Translations under genes and position numbers: made by a program
Notes under the pieces: model-generated
What the model was told of the DNA's origin: nothing
The model's input: the letters and a program-made list of their open reading frames with translations, nothing else
Databases searched by the model: none
Origin: an uncultured Fibrobacteraceae bacterium
Lineage (GTDB): Bacteria; Krumholzibacteriota; Krumholzibacteriia; LZORAL124-64-63
Direction of reading: 5' to 3'
DNA: 62,662 bases
NCBI GenBank assembly: GCA_964545545.1
Contig: CAZJGK010000004.1
Span: 1 to 62,662 of the forward strand
In this document: positions 1 to 10,000 of the stretch, in pieces
Layout: every line of letters starts with the position of its first letter
How positions within the stretch are numbered: the first letter of the stretch is position 1

Positions 1-1
1 C

Positions 2-547
2 TTCCTGGATAAATTGGCCGACACCATTTTCCTGCAGGACACCACCGGCAGCGGCAGCGGCGACAGCTTCGGTGTGGATTTCGGTATTCACATGAAGGTG
101 CCCCGCCTCAAATCCAATTTCGGTCTGGCGGTGGCGAACCTGGGGCCGGGAATCCAGCATGTCAATGCCGCCCAGAGCGACCCCATGCCCCGCAAGATGA
201 CCTTGGGTGTTGCGACCAGCTTGTACCACAGCGAATTCATGGGTCTGCTGGCCGTGGCGGATTATCTGGTGCCGTTGTACAAGTATTCGAATGACAAGTG
301 GGGTACGGGCTTGGCCACCGAGGAAGAGGAGTACGGCGGCGGTTTCGAATGGAATTACCTACGCTCCCTGTTCATGCGTATCGGTTACAAGAGCGCTGAT
401 TTCGGCGACATCAACGACTGGACCTATGGCTTCGGCGTGGACCTGAACCGGTGGGTCGGTCAGGCTGTCACTTTTGATTACGCATCGGTTCCCCAGGCCA
501 AGGGATTGCCTTCGGTGAATCGCTTGTCGCTTGCCTATCGGTTCTGA
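2..547 (+). CDS. Outer-membrane beta-barrel protein, PorV/PorQ-like (5' end outside window)
   Basis: The frame is open from the window edge. It shows an alternating beta-strand pattern, is Gly/aromatic-rich, and ends ...LSLAYRF with the C-terminal Phe typical of Omp85-assembled barrels. The PorV/PorQ call is by resemblance only. Confidence 0.5.
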   Translation, partial: FLDKLADTIFLQDTTGSGSGDSFGVDFGIHMKVPRLKSNFGLAVANLGPGIQHVNAAQSDPMPRKMTLGVATSLYHSEFMGLLAVADYLVPLYKYSNDKWGTGLATEEEEYGGGFEWNYLRSLFMRIGYKSADFGDINDWTYGFGVDLNRWVGQAVTFDYASVPQAKGLPSVNRLSLAYRF

Positions 548-626
548 TCAAGCCTTGAAGCCCCACCCCTGGGCATAGGAGTTGGCGTTGTTTCCTGTCA
601 AAAATAATGGTCCTGCACCCCACCGG

Positions 627-3600
627 ATGTTGTGGGGTGCGGTGTGTGCCTTGGCTTTTGGGTTGATGTTGTGGGCGGGTATGGCCGCGGCGGCCGACCG
701 GGCACCTTACGGCCGGATCCCCGCCAAGCGCTGGAATGAAATGCAGCTGGAACAGAGCACCGGCGGGAAAGCTCTGGAGCAGCGGGAGCATTTCCGCGCG
801 GCGGAAAGGGAGCGCCGGGGGTTCGCTGTCCACAGCCTGCTGGGCAGCCACCTGGTCTCCCGCAAGAGCCAAGCCTTGTTGCGCGCCAGGGGACTAGGTC
901 CGGCTTTGCTCGCGGCGGGGCAGCCCGGTTTTGCGGACAAGCAGGCCCAGGACTATCAGGATACCCTGCGCATTCTCATCGTGCGGATCTCTTTTGCAAC
1001 CAACCGGGATTCCAGTCTGACCACCATCGCGCCCGATGGCAATTTCGTTCTGGCTCCGCTGGCCAACCCGGGGCCCCTGGAGATAGACCCTCCACCCCAC
1101 AACAAGGCCTTCTACGAAGCGCACCTGCAGGGGCTTTCGGAGTATTACGATTACCAGTCGGGAGGGCGGCTCCACATTGAAGGACGTGTGCTGCCGGAGG
1201 ATCCCGACGGCAGCTACCAGGTTAGCGATGTGGCGGATTATGGTCCCGGCACCGGCGGGCTCTGGACCCTCGAGGATCTGGAACGACTCGTGCAGGACAT
1301 GATAGTGGCCGCGGATCAGGGAACCCAGGCGGATCATGCGGCCAACCTGGCTGATTACGACGACGACAATCCTTTCACCTATATCATCTTCGTCCACGCC
1401 GGCAGTGACTGGCAGAGCGACATCAATGGGGATTCACCCAACGATATCCCCACCTTCTTTGTGACCCTGGGTTCTCCTCAGCCGTTGACCAGCAGCGACA
1501 GTGGAACCAGCGCCACCGGGATGCTCTCGGAATGCTCCATCATTCCCGAGACAGCGAGCCAGGATGGATATCCCGGCAGCATTGCCGCGGCGTTCTACCA
1601 TGAATTCGGCCATGCTCTGGGTCTGGTTGATGTCTACAACACCGAAGCGCAGACACCCAACGCGGGGATCTGGGACCTCATGGATTCGGGCACCAATCTG
1701 GGCGTGACCATCGGGTCGGTTTCCGCTGAGGGCGACACGACGTTCATCGTCGCCAACGGTGTGCTGCCCCCGTCCCTGGGAGCCTGGAACAAGTGGTTTC
1801 TGGGGTGGCTGGACGTGGGCGAGATCCAGGGCCAGAAACAGCAATACCGCCTGCCGGCCGTCGAGGTTCCCCGCAGCCAGTACGGGACCTACAACGGAAC
1901 GACCGGCTATTTCAGCGATCGGGATCACCAGGCTCTGCGGGCGGGAATTTCCTCCCGGGAATGGTTTCTGCTCGAAAATCGGTGGGTGCCGAGCGGTCCT
2001 GACGAAACGCCCTACTTCAATCTTTCCTTCGAACGGGACGAGAATACCGGCGTCATTCTGTACCTGGCCGGGGAGCGGCCCGTGGGTTTCTGGAAGAATT
2101 CCGGTCTCTACGACTATTTCATGCCTGCCGGCGGGGTTCTGGTCTGGCATGTCAACGAGGACAGGATCGAGCAGGGGTTGGCGGACAACACCATCAACAC
2201 CCAGTCCGACGGGTTGCGTCTGGTCGAGGCCGACGGTATTACCGACATCGGCATTCTCGATTCCTATGTCCTGGGCTGGTACGGATCGGTGCGCGATCCC
2301 TTTGGCGGTTATGATTCCGCCGGCTATACGACTGATTACAACAACCTGTTTACCACCGGCTTTCCTTCGAGCCGGGCCATTGACCGCTCGTGGACGGGAT
2401 TCTTCCTGACGGATGTGGTCCCCAATTCCCGGGACAAACCCAGTGTGATGCGTTTCAAGGCCGGGATTGCGCCCCTGGTCGAGGGTTATCCCTGGACCAT
2501 GGACCCTGCTGGGCAGGGGGTTCCGCGGGCCCTGGCGGCTGAGTCGCTCACGCCTCTGGTTGCGGCCGATGACCGCAGCATCCTGATCTTTGCCTCTGGA
2601 CCCGCGGCGGGTGATTCGACCCTGGCTCCGGAATTCCTTTTTGCCCTCAATGCCACGGGCAATCCCGTGTGGCCGGCGTTGCCCGGCGGTCCCCCGGGTG
2701 CCTTCGCAACGCTGCCGGGCCCCTTGGCCGGACCTCCGGTGATCGCTGCTATCGGTGCTGCCGGCACCGGGTTGGTCTGGAGCACAAGGTCGGGCGAGGT
2801 GGGCTTGATGGATGTTTCGTCCCAGGCCCATGCCGTGTGGTCGCGGAAGCTGGGCGCGACATTCATGACCGGCGCCGTCACGCTGCTGCACACCGGTCTG
2901 GACCCCGTGGTGTTTGCCCTGGTTGGGGGGGACACGATGACGGCCCTCGATCTTGGAGACGGCACGACGGTTGCCCCGCCGGTGGCCCTGGGGCAGGGGC
3001 CGGTCACCGGGCCGCCCGTGGTCGCCTCCGACCCGGCAGGGGATCAGGTCCTGGCTCCGGGCGCCGCGGGCTGGTACGAAATCGCCGGCCCGTCGTTGAC
3101 CGGCGAGATGGCCTTGACCTATCACCCCTATCCCGCTCGGGAAGCTTCCGCGGGGGTCCGCTGCGTGGTGGTGGATTCGGAGACGGGAAGCCGGGTGTGG
3201 TTCCTGGACGGACAGGGCGACCTGGGGGGATGGCAGCGACAGAATGGCCAGTGGCTGCCCGGCGATCCCCTGGGACTGGACGCGGGTATCGTCTGTGAGC
3301 CCGCCGTGGCCGATCTGGACGGCGACGGCCGGAATGATCTGCTGGTGGCCGACGGCCGCCGCATCCATGCCTTCGCGGCGACGGGCGCCCGTTTGCGCGG
3401 TTGGCCCGTGACCTTGGGTGAGCTGTTTCCCCTGGCCGACACCACGCGCATTCGTGGTCCGTTGGTGGTTGCCGACGGGACCGGGGACGGCATCGACGAC
3501 GTCTACTTCCAGACCAGCGGCGGGCATTTGTTGGGCGTGGATGCCACCGGTTCCCTGTTGCCCGGGTTTCCCTTCCGCTGGGCCGGAAAACGAGCGGCGG

Positions 3601-4121
3601 GTTTCGCCGTGGGACTGGGGGCCACGCCGACCTCACCTCGTGTCCTCTGGCTGGGTAGCGAAGGTGGTTATTCCGGTCCGCCCCTTGAGCGCAACCTCGT
3701 GAATGGCCGGGTCACGGGATTCCTGCTCTCCGCGCCGGCGGCGTCAGGAAGAACCAGCGAATGGCTCGGTGCCCGTGGTGGAGTGGGTCGCAACGGCCCC
3801 GTGGGAACGGCCGCCAGTCTGGGTGTCGAAGCTCCCGTGGCGTTCGAAACGGACAAGGCCGTGCTGTATCCCAACCCCTTGGGTGATGCTCCGCTGACGG
3901 TACGCTTTTTTAGCCAGGATACCCGGCCCGCACGCTTCTGGGTGCACAACCTGGACGGGGAGATCGTCTACAAGACGGAGATTCCGTCCCTGGCAAAAAC
4001 CATCAATGAACAGGCCGTGGCCCTGCCGCAGCTTGTCAGCGGTCTCTATGTCTGTCGTCTCGAATTCAGCAGCACGGCGGGCAGAACGATGCGAACCATG
4101 ACTCTGGCCGTGGAGCGGTAA
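627..4121 (+). CDS. Secreted M6-like zinc metalloprotease with FG-GAP/VCBS repeats and a T9SS-type C-terminal sorting domain
   Basis: ATG 627 gives the signal peptide MLWGAVCALAFGLMLWAGMAAAA. HEFGH (1599-1613) is followed by ALGLVDVYN. Repeats include DLDGDGRNDLLVADG and ADGTGDGIDDVY. The C-terminal ~85 aa (LYPNPLGD...SGLYVCRLEF) resemble the T9SS type A sorting domain. Confidence 0.8.
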   Translation: MLWGAVCALAFGLMLWAGMAAAADRAPYGRIPAKRWNEMQLEQSTGGKALEQREHFRAAERERRGFAVHSLLGSHLVSRKSQALLRARGLGPALLAAGQPGFADKQAQDYQDTLRILIVRISFATNRDSSLTTIAPDGNFVLAPLANPGPLEIDPPPHNKAFYEAHLQGLSEYYDYQSGGRLHIEGRVLPEDPDGSYQVSDVADYGPGTGGLWTLEDLERLVQDMIVAADQGTQADHAANLADYDDDNPFTYIIFVHAGSDWQSDINGDSPNDIPTFFVTLGSPQPLTSSDSGTSATGMLSECSIIPETASQDGYPGSIAAAFYHEFGHALGLVDVYNTEAQTPNAGIWDLMDSGTNLGVTIGSVSAEGDTTFIVANGVLPPSLGAWNKWFLGWLDVGEIQGQKQQYRLPAVEVPRSQYGTYNGTTGYFSDRDHQALRAGISSREWFLLENRWVPSGPDETPYFNLSFERDENTGVILYLAGERPVGFWKNSGLYDYFMPAGGVLVWHVNEDRIEQGLADNTINTQSDGLRLVEADGITDIGILDSYVLGWYGSVRDPFGGYDSAGYTTDYNNLFTTGFPSSRAIDRSWTGFFLTDVVPNSRDKPSVMRFKAGIAPLVEGYPWTMDPAGQGVPRALAAESLTPLVAADDRSILIFASGPAAGDSTLAPEFLFALNATGNPVWPALPGGPPGAFATLPGPLAGPPVIAAIGAAGTGLVWSTRSGEVGLMDVSSQAHAVWSRKLGATFMTGAVTLLHTGLDPVVFALVGGDTMTALDLGDGTTVAPPVALGQGPVTGPPVVASDPAGDQVLAPGAAGWYEIAGPSLTGEMALTYHPYPAREASAGVRCVVVDSETGSRVWFLDGQGDLGGWQRQNGQWLPGDPLGLDAGIVCEPAVADLDGDGRNDLLVADGRRIHAFAATGARLRGWPVTLGELFPLADTTRIRGPLVVADGTGDGIDDVYFQTSGGHLLGVDATGSLLPGFPFRWAGKRAAGFAVGLGATPTSPRVLWLGSEGGYSGPPLERNLVNGRVTGFLLSAPAASGRTSEWLGARGGVGRNGPVGTAASLGVEAPVAFETDKAVLYPNPLGDAPLTVRFFSQDTRPARFWVHNLDGEIVYKTEIPSLAKTINEQAVALPQLVSGLYVCRLEFSSTAGRTMRTMTLAVER

Positions 4122-4157
4122 CCATCGCGGCAGATGACTGAAAAAGGAGAGGGATTC

Positions 4158-5117
4158 ATGAACAAGAGAACGTCTCGTGCATGGTGGGCCTTCCTTGCCA
4201 TGGCCTTGCTGGTTTCCCCGGCCCTGGCAGCGGAAGCGGGGGTCTCCCATGAGATGGGGATCGAGCGGGCGGGATGGCTTCTGGGTCACGCAGCCCTGGA
4301 GGACCGGGCCCTGGTGGGTTTTGCCTCGGAGCAGCTGGAGATCGGGGGCGAGGCGCCGGAAATCCGCTCCCAGCAGTATTCCCGGGGGGGCCTATCATCC
4401 GGCTTGCACATCCTCTCTTCCTTGATTCTGCCCGGAAGCGGCGAAGCCATGCTGGGCTATAAGCGCGGCTACCTGATGATGGCCGCCGATATCTTTGCCT
4501 GGACCCGGGTTGCCAAGTACGACAAGGACGGGGATGATATCCAGGCGTCATTCTACGACTATGCCGACGCGCACTGGAGCGAGGACCGGTTGGCCGCCGC
4601 TTATAATCCTGCCAGCGAGGACCAAGTGCGGGGCGGGTTGGGCTTGGAATATTTCCAGGACGTGGATCCCGTATCCAGCCCTGCGGATTTTCCGGGCAAC
4701 CTGCCGCTGTGGATCGGCCGTGATGCCGATCACTGGGAGTACTACGAGAACCTCGGCAAATGGGACCAGTTCGTTTTCGGCTGGGATGACTTCGTCAACC
4801 CTAATGATACGGTGGCCACCGGCGGTTATGTCCCCAACGGCACCCTGGATGATTTTCACCAGTCCTTCACCTCGGTTCACCGCGACATCTACCGGGAGAT
4901 GCGGGGCCGCTCGGACGACGCCTATTCGAAACGGGACTCGTGGTTGTATGTGAATATCGGCTTGCGGGTTTTCAGTGTTGTGCAAACCGCCTACCTGGAA
5001 GGTATCCTGGGCGGCGGACCGGGCAAGGACCTGGAAATTTCCGGCCACAAGGTGAGTTTCCTCGCCCAGCCCGTCGGCTGGGGGCGGGGAACCATGGCGG
5101 CGACGGTGAGCTTTTGA
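4158..5117 (+). CDS. Secreted/outer-membrane protein of unknown function, DUF5683-like (paralogue 1)
   Basis: GGAG lies 8 nt before ATG 4158. Signal peptide is MNKRTSRAWWAFLAMALLVSPALA. It carries an LILPGSGEAMLGY motif and ends ...AATVSF. It is homologous to the next gene (shared LPGxG and AYxxRD...R..SVV segments). Confidence 0.65.
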   Translation: MNKRTSRAWWAFLAMALLVSPALAAEAGVSHEMGIERAGWLLGHAALEDRALVGFASEQLEIGGEAPEIRSQQYSRGGLSSGLHILSSLILPGSGEAMLGYKRGYLMMAADIFAWTRVAKYDKDGDDIQASFYDYADAHWSEDRLAAAYNPASEDQVRGGLGLEYFQDVDPVSSPADFPGNLPLWIGRDADHWEYYENLGKWDQFVFGWDDFVNPNDTVATGGYVPNGTLDDFHQSFTSVHRDIYREMRGRSDDAYSKRDSWLYVNIGLRVFSVVQTAYLEGILGGGPGKDLEISGHKVSFLAQPVGWGRGTMAATVSF

Positions 5118-5146
5118 CTTTGACCAGACCAGCCGGGAGGCATGTT

Positions 5147-6013
5147 TTGAAAAGGAATCCCCCGACCTTCGGCTCCGTTTTCCTTGGGGTTGCGGTGTGC
5201 TTGGCGTTGACGGCGGCCTGGTCTTTTGCCGGCACCCCGGCGCCGACCGTCCGCGGTGGGACGGTCTTTCTCGGCCCGGACCATTGGCGTGATCTGCTGC
5301 AGGCGGATGTCAGCGCTTCCGGACTTCGGTCGCAGATCGGTTCCCGGGGTTTTTCCGACCAACCGGACGAATTCGGCGGCGGCGTCTCCCGGCGCCAAAA
5401 GCCGCAACAGGGACCATCCCACCTGGGTGAGAAGATCAAGGCCGGTTTGCTCTCTGCGGTCCTGCCCGGGGCCGGTCAGTTTTACAACGGCAGGCGCCAG
5501 AAGGCCTACATCATGGGCGGGGTGGAGGTGGCGATCTGGACCGCCTACTTCGTTTTCGATTCCCAGGGTGACCATAGTATGAGCGATGCCCGAGACTTCG
5601 CCGGCATCTATGCCGGGACGCACGATGGCCATGACGACAACTACTGGCAGCATGTGGCGCGGTTCATGGATAGCGACGCTTTCAACGAAGACCGGTACCG
5701 GGAGGCTCGCGCCCTGCAGGAACCGGCCAGCGGGATTATTTCTGACCTGGATAGCTGGCAATGGGTCAACCAGGACCGGATGTATGGCTATCGGCAACTT
5801 CGCGCCGACGCTGCGAGCGCCTACGACCGCCGGGATTTCATGATCCTCTTCGCCGTGGTCAACCGCGCCGTTTCGGTGGTCGATGCGGTGATGGGGGCCG
5901 GCAAGGACGACCCCACCCTGGGCACCGAGGTCATGGGCATGAATGTGCGCCTTGAGGTGGCTCCGGTCTGGACCTCACCGGCCGCCCGGTGCGTGGTCTC
6001 GCGGAGCTTCTGA
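5147..6013 (+). CDS. Secreted/outer-membrane protein of unknown function, DUF5683-like (paralogue 2)
   Basis: GGAGG lies 7 nt before TTG 5147, which starts the signal peptide LKRNPPTFGSVFLGVAVCLALTAAWSFA. It carries an AVLPGAGQFYNG motif and ends ...VVSRSF. The track's longer 4940 start would overlap the previous gene. Confidence 0.6.
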   Translation: MKRNPPTFGSVFLGVAVCLALTAAWSFAGTPAPTVRGGTVFLGPDHWRDLLQADVSASGLRSQIGSRGFSDQPDEFGGGVSRRQKPQQGPSHLGEKIKAGLLSAVLPGAGQFYNGRRQKAYIMGGVEVAIWTAYFVFDSQGDHSMSDARDFAGIYAGTHDGHDDNYWQHVARFMDSDAFNEDRYREARALQEPASGIISDLDSWQWVNQDRMYGYRQLRADAASAYDRRDFMILFAVVNRAVSVVDAVMGAGKDDPTLGTEVMGMNVRLEVAPVWTSPAARCVVSRSF

Positions 6014-7044
6014 TGCGCCGCCTGACCGCATTTAGCGGCGTGGAATTCCTGGCGGGCTTTGCCGTCATCATCGGCGGCTTCATGCTGGCGATTGCCGGGT
6101 GCGGGGGCGGGTACGGCTCGGCCAGGATGGACAGCGGAGACGGCGCTTCTGCGGGGGGGGCGGCTGCGGCGCATCCGGGGACGCGGGTCTCCGCGCTGGA
6201 ATTTCTCTACTCCTTTGAAAACGATTCCTCCAGCCCCTATTTCCCCATCGGGGGTATTGCCGGTTGTGAGTATGGTCCCGGCGGCACGCTCATTTTCTGT
6301 GATGAAAAGCGCGGCAAAGTCCACGCCCTGGATCCCATGCGCCAGACCTGGTATGAATTCGAGACCCCGGTTGCCCGACCCTACACGCCGGTTGATGTCC
6401 GGGTTGACGGGTTCAAGGTTCTGGTCCTGGATCCCGGCGGCGGCCGGATCTACCGGTTCGATTTGAACGGGATCCTGCTCGATGTTCTGCTGGACCTCGA
6501 CCAGGTCGATCCGGGATATCCCATCCAGGCCACGGCCTTTGACGTCGATCAGGACGGACGCATGCTCATCACCGATCTCGGCCGTCAGCAGGTCTTGTTG
6601 CTGGATTCATTCCTGAAGCTCACCATGCGCATCGGGGGCCCGGGCAGCCTGGGTGACCAGTTCCATGATCCCATGGGGATCCTTTTTCGCACTGACGGCA
6701 GTTTTCTGGTCAGCGACCAGGGCAATCGCCGGCTGACCACTTACGGCCGGCTGGGCTTTTTCGTGGGTGTGGTCGGGGGCGTTTTCGATAAGGACAACCC
6801 CTTTGTCGCTACGGCCGGACTGGATCGAGATCGCTTCGGGAACGTTTTCATTGCCGACCCCGGCAATGGGACTCTTCACATCCTGGATCCCGACCTCAGA
6901 CCGAGGTTCTCCGCCGGCAAGGAATTCACGCTGCAAGGTACCCCGCTGACCCCCATCGACGTAGCTGTGGGCCCGGGGGAACTGTTGGCGGTGACTGATT
7001 TGGCGCGGTCCGCCGTGCTTGTCTACCGCATCATATACGAATAG
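6013..7044 (+). CDS. NHL-repeat beta-propeller lipoprotein
   Basis: ATG 6013 overlaps the previous stop (TGATG). The lipobox-like sequence is LAIAGCGGG. It has six NHL-like blades (e.g. GRMLITDLGRQQVLLLD, GSFLVSDQGNRRLTTY, GNVFIADPGNGTLHILD). Confidence 0.75.
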   Translation: MRRLTAFSGVEFLAGFAVIIGGFMLAIAGCGGGYGSARMDSGDGASAGGAAAAHPGTRVSALEFLYSFENDSSSPYFPIGGIAGCEYGPGGTLIFCDEKRGKVHALDPMRQTWYEFETPVARPYTPVDVRVDGFKVLVLDPGGGRIYRFDLNGILLDVLLDLDQVDPGYPIQATAFDVDQDGRMLITDLGRQQVLLLDSFLKLTMRIGGPGSLGDQFHDPMGILFRTDGSFLVSDQGNRRLTTYGRLGFFVGVVGGVFDKDNPFVATAGLDRDRFGNVFIADPGNGTLHILDPDLRPRFSAGKEFTLQGTPLTPIDVAVGPGELLAVTDLARSAVLVYRIIYE

Positions 7045-7046
7045 CC

Positions 7047-10000
7047 ATGCGCAACGAACCGGGCAGGTTCCTGTGGCTGCTGCTGGTGCTTTGTCTGGCA
7101 TCCCCTGCGCAGGCGGCCCCGGCAGGCAAGATTCTCTATCGGGCCGAAGTGGAATTCCACGCGCTGCCTCCCGGATCCGAACTTCTGACCCTGGCTCACG
7201 GTTTCATTGAACCCAGTTCCCTGCAGGTGATCCTTGCCGATTCGCTGCTGGTCGACGGCCGCGATATCCGGTTGCGGGGCCGCACCGGAGTGCTGGTGCC
7301 CCTGCGTCCCTGGCGTGATTTGATACCGGTGTCGGCGGATTCGTCCCGGGGCCTCGGGCTGGTGATCTCGTACCGATTTTTGCCGGCGGCGGTGCCGGCG
7401 CGGCTGGATTTGCGTCCGATCGGGGCGGGACCCGAGCATAAGCCCGGGGGGACGGGCCTGCCCGGTTACGCGTCAACGGAAAGCGGTTTGCCCGGCACCG
7501 ATCAGCTCACGGTCAGGGGCAGCAAGACGGTCCAGGTTTCCTCTGGCAGCCGGCGGGACATGGTCGTGGACCAGAACCTGCGCCTTGATATATCCGGTCA
7601 GTTGACGGATGACATTTCCGTGCGGGCGTTTCTGTCGGACGACAACCTGCCCGTGGTTCCCGAGGGGAACACCCAGCAACTTAGGGATATCGACAAGGTC
7701 CTGGTTCAACTGCAGAGCCGGCATTGGTCATCCACGCTGGGAGACTTCGTCGCCAGGCGGGAAGGAACCGCCTTCGGGAATTATCGGCGCAAGTTGCAGG
7801 GCGTTTCCCTGGAGGGAAAATCGGGGAGCGTGAAATACGAGGTGCTGGCCGGTTCGCCCCGCGGTCGTTACCGCACCCTTCAAATCAAGGGCCAGGAATC
7901 CAATCAGGGTCCGTACTTCCTGGGGGGCGGGGACAGTGCGGCCAACCTTTTCATCGTGGCCGGATCAGAACATGTGACCCTTGACGGGATAGCCATGGTC
8001 CGGGGGGCGGATCGTGACTACGTCATCGATTATGTGCGCGGAACGGTGACGTTCACCTACAAGCGTCTGATCACCGCTGAATCGTCCATCTTCGTGGAAT
8101 ACGAGGAGGGGGAGGGCCCTTACGGTCGCACGGTCAGCGGCGCAGGGACCGGCGTGGACTTCATCTTGCCCGGCGCCCTTGGCCCGGGTTCATTCCGGAT
8201 GCGCGTCCTGTCGGAAAAAGATGACCCGGGCCGGCTGCGCACCGGAGAACTGGGACCGGATGATGAAGCGATCCTGGCCGCGGCCGGGGATGATCCTGAT
8301 CTCGCCGTTGCTGCCGGGGCCGTGGCCGTTCCGGACAGCACCGGGGCCTATGATCTGGTAACCGGGGACGGGCAGGATTATTACGTCCAGGCTCACGGCA
8401 GCGGCCTCTGGAATGTCAGCTTCTATTTCGTCGGGCCCGGCAAGGGCGATTACGATCTGGATACCCTGGGTTCCTCCGGGCAGCGTCTTTTTGTCTACCG
8501 GGGAAAGCAGCTGGGCAGTTACGCCGTGGGCCGTCCCCTGGAACTTCCGAGCGCCCACAGCATGGTCAGCCTGACGGCCGCCATGGGCGATTCGGCCGGT
8601 ACCCATCTGAACACCGAGTGGGACGTTTCCACCCGCGACTTGAACCGGCTTTCCGCAATCGGGGATGCAGACAACCACGGCGGAGCACTGCATCTGGAAG
8701 GGAAGCTCAAGAATCAGCCCCTGCGGTTTGGCGACGTGTCGTTGGGTGGGGTTTCCCTGAAGGCCCAATACTCGGATTTGACCGCCACCTTCCGGCCTTT
8801 CGAGTTGAACAGGAATATTTTTTCCTATCGTCAGTGGGGTTTGGAAGACCGCGCGCGCCGCGAGGGTTTTTTGGATGAGGCCGATCGCCAGTGGACACTG
8901 AATGGGAATTGGGAAACCGGGGGTGACAGGCATCATCTGCTGGTGGGCTATGTGCGTGGTGGTCTTGATCACGGTGTGGGCATGACGGCCGACCGTACGT
9001 CCTGGCAGGGAAAGTGGCGTTGGGCGGGATTGACGGGCAGCCATACCTGGGACGAGGGGACCGCCCGCGATTCCCGCGAACCCCTGAGCATCAGCAACAC
9101 CCGGCGCAGGCATGAAGTAAGCTGGCAGCTGGGTTGGTTGCGGCCCGGGGTGCAATACGATTTCGAACGCTGGCGGGACGGCGCACGGGGCGGGGATGTG
9201 GCTGCCGGATATCGCCGCGATCAGGTTGGTCTGAGCCTCGACGGCAAGCACGGCAAAGCGTTGACCTGGCGGGTGTCCTTCAACCGGGAGCTTGCCGATT
9301 CCCTGCGCACGGGGGCCTGGGATCGACAACGGGACGGGCGCACCTCCCGCCTCAACCTGGCAACCGGCAGTCTGGCAGGAATGCGGTTGGTGACCACGGC
9401 CACCCTGCGCAGGATCCTCAGGCCGGATCTGCCTGAACAGACCACGCGGTTGGGACAGGCGGTGCTGGCCGGGAAATGGGCCCGGACCCTCACGGATTTT
9501 TCCCTAGGTTATCGTGTGGACAACAGTCGGACCGAGGTGCTGGATCGTCAGATTGTTTTTGTCGGCGACCGCCAGGGCGATTACGACCAGGACGGACAGT
9601 TCCTGGGCCAGGACCTGGGCGCCTACGACATGGTGCTTGCCGGCACCGACAGCCTGGTGGCCACCACGGCCGTCAAGGCGGATCTGAACTGGCGACAGGG
9701 CTTTGGGTTCCTGGGACGCGAACGCTGGTACGGCGCCTGGTCCGTTTTCACTCTGGCCAGCGTGGAGGGCCGCAGCACCACGGATGATATCAGCCGGTTG
9801 CTTGCCCTGGACCCCCGCTTGATTCTTGCCGACAGCACCACCGTGCTCGGCGATGTGACCATGTCCCAGGAATGGACTTTCCTGCAGAATCATCCCCGGG
9901 TGGATTTGCGCGGGAAATTCGATTTTCGTCAGACGCGGGACCGACAGTTCGCGACCCATCCCGAAGACCGCCTCCAACGCAACTGGCAGGCGCGGGGCAG

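Noticed and set aside
570-586. Sigma-54-like string TGGGCATAGGAGTTGGC upstream of the protease gene.
   Set aside because: The GG-to-GC spacing is wrong, and the -12 position reads GG rather than GC in the correct register.
1434-3527. A 697-aa minus-strand ORF. Similar long antisense ORFs include 8190-9329, 12399-13172, 14674-15753, 17139-18437, 20870-22282, 24985-26025, 29762-30928, 31229-32554, 34188-35129, 38816-40183, 40536-42023, 43710-44663, 48584-49954 and 50106-51098.
   Set aside because: Each lies entirely opposite a + strand gene with clear family motifs. Their translations are Arg/Gly/Pro-rich low-complexity sequence with no motifs. This is the expected shadow-frame artefact in GC-rich DNA.
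4940-5146. Upstream extensions of track ORFs. Examples are 4940 for the second paralogue, 40485 for pilQ, 24183 for comEA, 43614 for obg, 42571 for rsmD and 57673 for rnc.
   Set aside because: The extensions overlap the preceding gene, encode Arg/Pro-rich junk and lack an RBS. Internal starts give proper signal peptides or conserved N termini with Shine-Dalgarno sequences.
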